The translations under genes were made by a program, and so were the position numbers. From Camelus dromedarius (taxonomy: Eukaryota): a stretch of 64,000 nucleotides of DNA. Below the pieces are notes generated by a model that ran no database searches, was not told the origin of the DNA, and saw only the letters and a program-made list of their open reading frames with translations. The stretch spans positions 26,662,001 to 26,726,000 of the forward strand of contig NC_087436.1 of the NCBI RefSeq assembly GCF_036321535.1, read 5' to 3'. This document shows positions 37,180-48,398 of the stretch, piece after piece. Each line of letters begins with the position of its first letter. Position 1 is the stretch's first letter.

Positions 37180-39150
37180 CTTTTCCTCTAGTATCAGGAA
37201 CAAAGCAGGATGCCTGCTTTCACAACTTCTATTCAACATAGTATTGGAAGCCCTAGCCAGAGCAATCAGGAAAAAGAAATAAAAGGCACCCAAATAGGAA
37301 AGGGAGAAAGAAAATTATACTTGCAACTTGCATGTGCATTCAGGCAAACCACTTGTTAGAATAAACCAATTAAGTGAAGTTGCAGGATATAAAATTAACT
37401 TCTAAAAAAAAAAAAAAAAAATCAGTGGCACTTACATATACTAACAATTAACAATCCAAAAAGGAAACAAACAATTTCATTTACAGTCATAAAGAATAAA
37501 AATACCTAGGTATAAATGTAACCAAGATGGTGAGAGACTTGTACACTGAAAACTATAAAACACTGTGGAAAGAAATTTAAGAAAACACAAATAAGTGGAA
37601 GACGTCCTGTGTACATTAAAAGGCTTAAAATTAAGATATTTATACTACACAAAGCAATCTACAGATTCAACAGAATCCTTATCAAAACCCCAGTGTCATT
37701 TTTGGCAGAAATATAAAAATAAAAGTCAAAATTTGTATAAAATCTCAAGGGATCCCTTATAGCTAAACAATTGTGAAAAAGAACAAAGTTGTAGGATTCA
37801 CTTCATGATTTAAAAACATACTACACATCTACAGTAATCAAAACAGTTTAGTGTTGACAAAGACAGACAGTTAAAACAATGGAAAGAAACAGAGTCCAGA
37901 AATAAACTCTTGTGTACAAATCACCTTCAACAAGGGTGCCAGTGCCACTCAATGCGGGCAGTCTTTTCAACAAATGGTACTTAGGAAAATTGGATATCCA
38001 CATGCAAAAAATTGATGTTGGACCCTTATATTTCACTATATATAAAAGTGAACTCAATATAAATTAAAGACATAAATGTATGGCCTAAACTGTAAAATTC
38101 CCAGAGGAAAATACAAAGGTTTTGGCAATTATCCTAAGGTATGACACCAAAAGCACATGCAACAAAAGCAGACATAGACAACAGAACTACATCAAACTTA
38201 AGTTTCATTCAAAGGACATAAACAACAGATTGAATGGAAACCTAGGGAATGTGAGAAAATATCTGTAAATCATATCTGATAAGGGATTAATATCCAGAAT
38301 ATATAAAGAACTACTAAAACTTAACAGAAAATCAAATAAATCCATTTAAAAATGGGCAATGGATGTGAACATTACTCTAAAGATGATATACAAATGGCCA
38401 AAGCATATGGAAAGATGTTCAACATCACTAATTATTGAATGCAAATCAAAACCACAAAGATATATTACCTTATACCAATTAAGATGACCATTATATAAAA
38501 AAACAAACAGAATATAACAAGTGTTGGTGAGAATGTGGAGAAATTGGAACCCTTATGCACCTTTGGTGAGACTGTAAAATGGTGCAACCACTATGCAAAA
38601 CAGTATGGATTTTTGTCAAAAAAATTAAAAATAGCACTACCATATGATCCAGCAATCCCACTTCTGGATACATATCCAAGAGAACTGAAAGCAGAGTCTT
38701 GAAGAAATATTTGTACACTAATGTTTGTAGCAGCACCATTCACAACAGTTAAGAGATGGAAACAATCAAAATGTCTACTGATGGATGAATGGATAAATAA
38801 AATGTGGCATATATAGGCAATGGAATATTATTCTTGGTCATATGTTACATCATGGATGAATCTTGAGGATATAATGCTAAGTGAAATAAGCCAGTCACAA
38901 AAATACAAGTACTATATTCTTTTGTTTTTATGAGTTATCTAAATTAGCCAAATTCATAAAACAAAAATTAGAATTGTGTTTTACCAGGAGCTGAGGGGTG
39001 GGGGGACAGAGTGGAGGGAATGTTTACTAAGTATAGTTTTTCAGATTTTTAAGATGAAAAAGTTCTGGAAGTCTGTTTCACAACAATGTGGATATACTTA
39101 ACACTACTGAACTCTACACTTAAAATGATTAAGATTGTAAAAAAATTAAG
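37180..39150 (+). mobile_element. LINE-1 (L1MB-like) RT domain to 3'UTR, disrupted
   Basis: SGTKQDACF..LLFNIVLEALARAIR-like RT segment, ORF2 C-terminal motifs, and 3'UTR AACACTACTGAACTCTACACTTAAAATG. Confidence 0.92.
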
Positions 39151-39179
39151 ATATAAAGATGTATCAGAAAAATTCTTAA

Positions 39180-39756
39180 GGACCCCTATATTGATACCAG
39201 GTAAATAATACTTCAATAAACTGTGTGTTATTAGGGACAAAAGAATATACTCAAAATAATTGAAAATATGCACTCAAGTAAATATATGTACATACAAATT
39301 CATTACAGCACTGTTCAAAATATCCAGAAGGTAGAAAGAGCCAAAATGTCCACCAATGGATGAATGGATTAAAAAAAAGCAACTATGATAGACACACACA
39401 CACACACACACAATGGAACATTACTTGACCATATTTAATAAAGGTGTGCATTATGATACATGCTACAACATGGATAAACTTCCAAAATATTATGCTAAGT
39501 GAAATAAGCCAGACACAAAAGGTCACCCATTCTGTGGCTCCATTTTTATGAAGCATCCAGAATTGATAAATCCATAGAGACAGGTGGTTGCCTGGTGTGG
39601 AGTGAAGGGAAAATGGGGAGAAAGTTTCAAGAGGTAGATGGTTTTACTTTTTTATGCTTGAAACAGTCTTGATCTAATAGAGTTGGTGGTTGCACCACAT
39701 TGTGAAAGTATTAATGTCACCTGACTGTTAATTTTGTCATGTGAATTTCACCTCAA
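39180..39756 (+). mobile_element. Second L1MB-like 3' end containing a (CA)n
   Basis: TATGCTAAGTGAAATAAGCCAGACACAAAAGGTCAC ... ATGTGAATTTCACCTCAA. Confidence 0.85.
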
Positions 39757-41207
39757 AGTGTTTTTAAATATGGAAACAACCAATAAAAATTGAATACAAG
39801 AATGTTTTACAGGATTATCTACCAAATTAAAAAGAAATAAGTAAGTTCAAACTTACACAAACAATTCTAGGGAGTATTTCCCATCTTCATAAGGCTAATA
39901 GATTAGGAAAACAAATCAAAGAGATGAAAGAAGAGACGCATTAAGAAGCTATTGTGAGAACACAGGCTGTCACAAGACCTACAGCAGCAGCAAAGGAGAT
40001 GCCAAAGCATTTGATGTATCTTGGACACGTTATGAACATGAAATGCTGACTGACTGCAGGAAGTAGATTAAAAAATAGCTTTCAAATTACCTCTTGATTT
40101 TAAGGTGTATAAAGTTTTGGGTGAGGCTGACGAACTACAGAGAAAACCCTTTGAATTGATATTTTTTAAACTAAGTTAATAGCTACTGCTTCCCTCTACA
40201 ACTTGAGCTAGTGTAAAATAGTGATGCTGTTAATTTTGATGCTACACATAAGTGTCACATTTCTCTTTAGAACAAATGCAGTTTAAAGCCCAGAAGCCTG
40301 GAATATAAGGGTCCATTTTCTCCCACCTGGCTCCTAGCAATAGAAGAATTTTAGTCACTGAGAAAAAATACAGGAAACACCTCAAAATATAAAAGAAATA
40401 TACACACTTATCTTACTCATGTTGGACTTAAATAATTTGATAGTTGAAATTTTGCTGTTAACCTACAATGTTAGTAGTTCTAGTTAATAATTGCTAAGTA
40501 GAAACAGATCAGACCAGTCTTGATTAGATTTGTGATTTTAGCTTCTCAGACATGTCCAGCTAAGAAGAGCCTTATTAGAATAGCACACGAAAAAACACTA
40601 TAAATAATGGTATGAAAGGGATCAAATAATATTTATAAACATATTTAAAGATGCTTATTTCAATCGATATTGTATATATTTAGCCATACAGTTGCTCTGA
40701 TGAACAAAATGTTTCATCTGTTTGTAACTTGGTTGGTTATCTTAATGAATACATTAGATCAATGTTTTATGTGTTGGTAGCTATACTACAATTACATGGG
40801 CTCAGGAATGGTTTCTGTATAAATTTTTAAAAATAATTTAAACGTATTTTTCTATACATTTCTCATGCTTTATTTTTTTAAAAAATTGTATAATTAAAGT
40901 CAAAATAATCATCTTTGGTAGCTTAACTTCCCTGAGGAGCTTAATGAGGTAAACTTGAGTATTTCATCCATGCCGAAACAAGTGCTGTGTTCTAACATCA
41001 AAGCCCCATATGAAGATGCAGGTGAAGTGTTGTGGTTTGTAACTTTTTTAACCCCTCAAAAACTGGGCAAACCACCCAAGAGAGCTGGCAGTCGTAGCAC
41101 TTAATTTTCATTGCAGGGGCTATTTTCCCTTCCTCTGCCTTTGTTCTGTGATGAAAAGGAGACATGATTTCCGAGTTAAAATTTTTTCACACCTCTGATA
41201 AAGACAT

Positions 41208-41234
41208 GCACACACAGACACACACACACACACA
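41208..41234. repeat. (CA)n microsatellite
   Basis: Directly visible. Confidence 0.9.
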
Positions 41235-42324
41235 ATCCTCTCTTCCAGGAAATATCCATCTGTTTCTACATAATGTCTGAGTCTACTTTATCTCCCCATG
41301 CCCCAGTCCTCTTTGAAATATATTTTGTCCTCTTTTTCTCTCTTGCTTTCTTCTCCCTCTGTTTCTCTTTCATAGTCCTATTCAAGTTGGAAAAGCCAAA
41401 ACAACTAGCAACAATTAGTGGCCTACAGCAGCTGCTCCATCATTACAGAGCAGTAACCGTTTTTGTCTGGGGGATGATCCAAATGGTGCCCTTCACTCCA
41501 TCATCTACACAAAAACTGTGCAGTCTACAGTAGCCAACTCTCAATGTGCAGCAAATGCAGCAGCAACATTCTTCACTGAAATGATAATATTGCTTTGCCC
41601 TGAGCTAAGTGTTTCTGTGTATAACAATCTAAAGTTATTTTTTACTATCTTTATAATATAGTAACTCAAGACTTAAAGAAGTGGTGTTCATTATTATTTT
41701 GAACTTTTGAAAAATAGTCGACATGTGGAACCATTGTAATCTCTGCATCACCACACCTCTTTACCCTTAGTAACATCCAAAACACAACTTTTCCTCAGAT
41801 GTATGGTTGTAAGGCATTAATTAATTTATTCACTGGACAGCTACTATGTACCAGGTTCTATTCCAGGTACTGGGTTTTCAAATTTAAACTTATGAAGGAG
41901 CTCAGCAGATTCAAGGGAAACGAAGACTAGTGTGGTCAAAGTACAAGACAAAGATAACAGTATAATAAGCTTAGAAGAGTCAAAGATCAGATGCTATAGG
42001 CCTTGCAATGGGGTGTGTGGGGGTACCATTTGGTAAGATGGTGACTATTGGGGTAGCTATGAAGTTTGTGGAGGGGAATTAGAAATAGTAACCAAATGTT
42101 GCTAGATACAATCAAATAGAAGAATAGAGCAAATCTTGTCTACCAAATACAATCTATAACACATTTATGAATATTCAAATATACCAAAACCTGGCTTTAT
42201 TATCATCTGGTAGAATAAAATAGGTGAGAACCTTAATATCATGAAAACCTCACTGCATCAAGGAGGCTTGTCTTACCTACCTCAGGAAAAGTAATTCTAC
42301 ATCTATAGATGCCAAAAGTAAATG

Positions 42325-42518
42325 CAGTTGGCCCTTGAACAATGCAGCTTGAACTCCATGGGGTCCATTTATACAGGAATGTTTTTCAGTAGTAAATGCT
42401 ACAGAACTACATGGTCCGTGGTTGGATGAATCTACAGAGGCAGAGGAACCGAGCATATGGAGGATCAACTATAAGTCACATATGGAATAACACCGCCACA
42501 TTGTTCAAGGGTCAACTG
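42325..42518. mobile_element. Tigger-derived MITE (MER8/Tigger2a-like)
   Basis: 20 bp terminal inverted repeats with one mismatch (CAGTTGGCCCTTGAACAATG / CATTGTTCAAGGGTCAACTG); 194 bp. Confidence 0.92.
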
Positions 42519-43999
42519 TGCATGAAATGAAAATGCCAGTAACCTCAACTTGTTATTTTCTAAGTAATTATACATACATTAATATAAAATATATAATGTA
42601 TAACATTAATGCATAACATTTTAATATTATATAGTATATAATGATTAGGTCAAACTGTTTTATGTCCAAAAGCAACTTTGGAACCCATTTCCTGTAATGA
42701 TGTACAGGGTAACTTTGATTTTGCCTATATTAAGCCTGTAGGATTCCTTAAGACAGAGTTTCAGTGAGCAGCTTGTATAGATTTATAATATCTATGGAAT
42801 AAATGAAATCAAGTTAAAATATCATGTGGAAATATCTTTCAAACAGTGGTGATGGTACCTATGACAAAATAGAATTTATTTTAATCTAACATGTGTATGA
42901 TACTATAAAGTCATTGTTTCATTAAGCAACAATCAAACTTACTGCTTTGTAAAAACTTCAAAGGAAAACGAAGTTTCAAGTGATTCATTAAAACTCTAAA
43001 AAGGCAAGCACACTTCAGAAATAATAAACTGTTAAAAGCAAAAACTACAATCCAAAGAACATTAATATCTTTTTAAAATGAAAATGAAAAATGAGGAATG
43101 TTATTTATTTAGAGACAAATTAAAAACCAAAATACTTACCAGCACTTGTAGGATAGGTTATGTGTTAAAAGTTCTGGATAAAATATTGTTGTATACAGTC
43201 ACATGTTATTCCCCTGGGGGTTTGACTGGTAAGGTGTTTAATCAAGAAAGGCTTTGTGAAATGTGTGGTCTGAGTTTCTCCTTAGCATCAGGTAAGATCT
43301 AGACAAATATTTGGGAAAGGACATGTCTGTGGAGGTATAAAAGGAACAAAGGCATGAAAACAGAAACTAGAGAGCACTTACAGAGAAAAATCAAGCAATT
43401 CAGTTCATTCATTTATGACATGCTTAAAAGAATGTGGATGGGGCATAGATTTTTTAAAAGTATGTGAGAACCATTTATTGAAGATTTTGCAAAACAAAGT
43501 TAACCCCTACTCCCTCACTTAATCTTTATGTCCTCTCTCCCTTCATTTATTCCTCCTTCTGTCCTTCCTATTCCAATGCTTCCCACATACGTGATTATTT
43601 AAAAGGCTAAAACAATATTCCAATATAGGTGTAATGTTTAGCGATGTTGTTTTCCTGTAATTAGCATTCTTTCTTAATTGCATTATAAGCATTTCCTTAT
43701 AAGTGTTTATGAATGCATTTGTCAGGATAAACAAGTTCAATGGTTTATTTTATTCTCCTGGGATTTGGCAGAAACTTAAATCAAATTAAGGATGATCTAT
43801 ATTGTCAGGCACCCATGCCCCAATCTGAAATTAATCAGAGGTTCTTTGTATCAGGGGAATCTAAGGCACAAGGGCTATATTTATGCTAATTTTTGTTAAT
43901 ATGGCTGGAAGGCATCAGAGGATAGTAGAACACAGAGCAGCCTTGGAGTCCTAAGAATAGAATTCATTTCTCAGCTTCACCAAAGGAATCATTCATACT

Positions 44000-44330
44000 A
44001 TATAATACTAAAAAATTCCTTTTGTCACTTAACAATACATTGATGAACATATCTGTGGGTCAGCAATCATATTTAACTTGTTCATTTCAATACTTGTTTT
44101 AGATTTAATTGTGTATTGGCATAGGGTATACAAAACATTTTTTGTTGTCTACCTGTGTATACTTAAGTTGATTTTAATGTTGTATACTATTAAAAATCAT
44201 GATATAATTAGCATCTGTTCATGTGCTTTCTTGAGCACATATGTGTGTATATATATGTATGTACATTTAAATTTGTTATTGGCAAATTATCCTGAAATAA
44301 GTTGTACCAATTTATTACACTAACATTTGA
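44000..44330 (-). mobile_element. Ancient L1 (L1ME-like) fragment
   Basis: CCTTTTGTCACTTAACAATACATTGATGAACAT and GTTGTACCAATTTATTACAC. Confidence 0.55.
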
Positions 44331-44630
44331 AGCAAAGACCTCGGAAGTTGTACACAACATTGATTGTCCTTCTATTTTTATTACTCTTCCATGGTCTTCT
44401 GTCATAGTTCTACCTCGGATCATTTACTGAAGAGAGATAGCTGGAGCAAGACTGCCTGTAATGTAACTAACATACCCACTAATAGATACAAAATGAATTT
44501 ATACCTTTTTTGGTGTGGGTGTATTTATTTTATAATTCCAACAATAAGTGTTTTGTGTATAGCATCATACTGGTTTACCATAAGTTGTCAAAATATTCTG
44601 ATATATTTTTGCATTGAAGTTCTAATTTTT

Positions 44631-44765
44631 AAAAAAAATTGGAGGGGAGGTAATTAAGTTTATTCATTTTTTTAATTTATTTTTCTAATGGAGGTACTAG
44701 GGATTCAACCCAGGACCTCATGTATGCTAAGCACGCACTCTACCACTGAGCTATCATCTCTCCCC
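44631..44765 (-). mobile_element. tRNA-Ala-derived camelid SINE (vic-1 type)
   Basis: The reverse complement has an A box (TAGCTCAGTGG), an AGC anticodon loop (CTTAGCAT), a B-box-like GGTTGAATCC, an A-rich spacer and a TAATTACCTCCCC tail. TCTAATTT is repeated in the flanks. Confidence 0.9.
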
Positions 44766-44887
44766 ATGTTATGTCTAATTTAATGTACACTGATGTTATT
44801 AATAGACACCTTTGTTCCAAATATATTTCTTTTATGCATCTCTTCTCTGGTATATATATTTTAGAACACAATAAAACTTCAAGAAAA

Positions 44888-45382
44888 ATATTCAGTCATA
44901 AAACAGAATGAAATCTGGTCATTTGTAACAACATAAGTGGACTTTGAGGATATTATGCTAAGCAAAATAAATTAGGCAGAAAGACAGCTACCACATGATA
45001 TTGCTTATATGTGAAATCTAAAAAACAAACACGCACATAAGCTCACAGATATTGAGAACAGACTGATACTTGCCAGAGGCAGGGGTTGTGAGGTAAGTAA
45101 AATGAGTGAAGATAGTCAAAAGGTACAAGCTTTCAGTTATAAAATAAACAAATCATGGGGATGTAATATACCTTGTGGCCACTAGAGTTAATACTGCATT
45201 GCATATTTGAAAGTTGCTAAGGGAGTAAATCTTGAAAGTTCTCATCACACACAAAATTATTTAACTAGGTGTGTAGATGGATGTTAACTAGACTTATTGT
45301 GGTGATCATTTAATATACACAAATATAGAACCCTTATGTTTTACACTTGACACTAATATGCTGTATATCAATACCTCAAAAA
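44888..45382 (+). mobile_element. L1MA9-like 3'UTR
   Basis: AAGGTACAAGCTTTCAGTTATAAAATAAA and GAAAGTTGCTAAGGGAGTAAATCTTGAAAGTTCTCATCAC. Confidence 0.88.
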
Positions 45383-46049
45383 ATTAAGGCATTATTTTAA
45401 ATAGACATTTCCTGTACAAAGTCAAATCTTTTCAAATATTTCTGACCCATTTTTTTCTAGAAAATTAACAAAAACGTTATATTTTATTTTCTCCTCACAA
45501 TAAATCTCTAAGAAGCTAACACAAAATTGCTTTGTGAAAGGAATAAGCCCATGTTATAGTTCAGTACACAAGTATGTCCCAGTCACAAAAAACCGTGTTC
45601 ACTTAAGTCAAAAACGTGGCCTACACATTTTCAGCCTCTTCCATTTACCCAGAGCTGATAATGAGCCAGGACACCCTAGTATTGTGAAGCTGCTCTGTTT
45701 GTTCTTACTGATTTGCCATTCAATCTGATCGATTGGTACTTAATGCTGTGTTAGTTTTTAAATACTATGAACATTATACCTGATTAATTTCATTCCTTAT
45801 CTAATCAGTCTCTGAGAATTTTAATTTCTACCTCAAAAGTCTTCTGAAATATGTCTGTTTATCCCCATCTTCACATAAATATGCACATAAGTATTCTAAA
45901 GCAGAAAAATATCCTTTCTGTGAATAATAAAATGAATTCCAAACTCCTAAATCAAAGCTGTATCAGATATTTAAAGGCATCAACAGTCCTTAAGGCAAAG
46001 CCCAAATTCATTTACATTACACAAAGCATTTTTTTTTTCTTACACGGTG

Positions 46050-46226
46050 TAGTAGAGCCAAAATAACTAGACTGAAATTTTGGCTCTAAGATTTCTAAAT
46101 TTTTGGTTTCGGGCAAAAGATTTAATGGAATCTAAGTTTCCATCCACAAAATGGGTAGTATTATGATCCTATTGCATAGAGATTAGAACACTTATGGCAC
46201 ATATCAGTTTTCAATAAATGTTAGTC
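46050..46226 (+). mobile_element. MIR fragment
   Basis: TAAGTTTCCATCCACAAAATGGGTAGTA ... TGGCACATATCAGTTTTCAATAAATGTTAG. Confidence 0.6.
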
Positions 46227-46320
46227 TTTCTCCATAACCTCTATCACTATCAGGCATCATCACCAAACATGTCCTCAATATTACAGATAGGTCCCTGCCC
46301 AATGTACTTTCATCTGGGGC

Positions 46321-46820
46321 TATAATAGGGAAGAACAAATCTGACTCCATATTAGATCTGTTCCTTTAGCTCTAACCCAGTGCTGTTTCCTGTGCTTAGT
46401 CATGCTGACTCTGCACTTTTTGTAAAAGAATGTTGCTTATAACCCGAAGTATACAGGCCAGCCCATAGTCAAGGCTCTAACAAGGGTCTAACACTTTTCC
46501 ATTCATACAGAGATAAAAAGTTGCAAAACTGAGAACATTTGTTTTGTTAGAGGTTTATAGGAACATCATGACCTGACCTACATGGACAGCTGCAAGAACA
46601 AAGGATTCTGACTCCAAGAAATTTATAACAAACAACAACACTCCCTCTCCTTTTTAGTATAAAAGGAGCCTGAATTCTGACTTAGGTAAGATGGTTTTCT
46701 AGGACATCATCTCTGTCTGCTGGCTTTCTGAATAAAGTCACTGTTCCTCGCCCCAACACCTTGTCTTCTTATTTATTGGCCTGTCATGCAGCCAGCAGGA
46801 TGAGTTTGGACTGAGTAACA
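46321..46820 (+). mobile_element. ERV1 solo LTR (cetartiodactyl MER41-like), 500 bp
   Basis: TATAAAA at 46658 and AATAAA at 46731; ends GTAACA. Flanks GGGC/GTGC fit a degenerate 4 bp TSD. Confidence 0.85.
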
Positions 46821-47735
46821 GTGCTAATCTACAAACTGAAATATAGATACCAATATTAATATGCAAGTGTGCAGATCATCTTTCTTCTAGTTTTAGGTGT
46901 CCAACTGTTGGAACTCTTATTTTACCACAGTTTGGGCACTTGAGGTGGAAAAACCAGTTTAATTTATAACACTGCCAGTTTCATGATACATGTTTGTGCC
47001 TGATATCAACATAGTCTGCTATGTAGCTGGAGGAAGTGAATGTATCCACCATACCTGCCTTTGGCTTTCAAAGCATGCTATACAGAAAAACTTGGACATA
47101 TAATTCTCTATTTGACTTCTAACTTAGATTAGTCAGATGTACACAATCTTTAAACATTGTCCACATGTCATTCAAGTTCTCTAGCTTCTGCATAAGCCAG
47201 TGCTTCCCTTTCAATCTGTGCTTTATTCTAATCCACTCCAGGGGATGCTACAGCATTATAGGAGTTTTCACCATTTCACTGACAGTCAGCTCTTGCTTCA
47301 ATCTTATTAATGAAAGATGTAGTTTGAGATTAACTTTTTAAAGAGTCTCTGTTCATGCTTTTTTTTAAAAATAAAAATTCTATTTCTACTTTGTGGATGA
47401 AGAAAATTGAGCACTGAAATGGCACCATCTGGTTAGTTTGTAAAACTGTGGATCCTGGACTAGGAAGCAGTTTCCCTGGTACTGACACTGGTTTTCAGCT
47501 TCCACACCTTGGTGGCTAGAGTTTATCATCCCCAGAGAACAGGGGTAGCAAACAGACATCCAGACACAGGAGAGAGGGCTTGATCACATGCTCTTCATTA
47601 TGTATATTTTCATTTGGAGGATTTACAGGAGAGAAAATTTATAGTGTTGAGATGGGGTCATATTCAGACATAATAAAGGGTGAAAATTAAAAAGTGATAG
47701 TGATACAGGAAGAACAGGCCATGAGAGGATGGCCA

Positions 47736-48398
47736 TGTCCCAGGTCGCAGCTGAGTCTCTGGGACCGCCTTGCCAAGTGAGGGTCCTTGGCTTTGTGCAA
47801 GAACGATTTCAAGAGCATGTCATGGTGGAGTAAAAGTAGATTTATTCAGAGAGATGGACATTCCATAGACTGAGTGTAGGCCATCTCAGACGGCCAGAGA
47901 GGCCATGAGGCATTGGTGGCCAGTGTTAAAGTGAAAGTGGATACACACTCAGAGTGTGGGCCATCTCAAAAAAGCAAGAGAAAGGCCTAGGAGATGCACA
48001 TTCCATAGGCAGAATGCAGGTGATATTACTCAGAAGGAAAAGCAGTGACCTTAGAGCATGGGGCCAGCTAAGAAAAATGAGATCAGCCACCAGGTGTGGA
48101 AGTTGTTTGTTTTTACAGGCTGGGTAACTTCATATGCTAACAAGTGGGGAGGATTATTCCAACTACTTCAGGGAAGGGGCTGGAATTCCCAGGAACTGGG
48201 CCATCACTCACTTTACTGACCTTTTATGGTCAGCCTTGAAACTGTCCTAGCACCTGTGGGAGTGTCATTTAGCATGCTGTTGTATTTCAATGAGCTTATA
48301 CTGAAGCTCAAAATCTACCTGAAGTTGAATCTTCCACCATTGTGGTGCTAACTGCTGTATCATTCTTTTAGTGGCTGTGCCCTGCCCCCTTCCCTCTT
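47736..48398 (-). mobile_element. ERV1 solo LTR (LTR39-like) with internal duplicated units
   Basis: A GC-richer block starting TG, with TTTATT (minus-strand AATAAA) at 47841 and repeated ACATTCCATAG / GGCCATCTCA units. Confidence 0.75.

Noticed and set aside
44690..44765. tRNA-Ala-like gene
   Set aside because: The stems and B box are degenerate, and it has a SINE tail and TSD. It is a SINE, not a tRNA.
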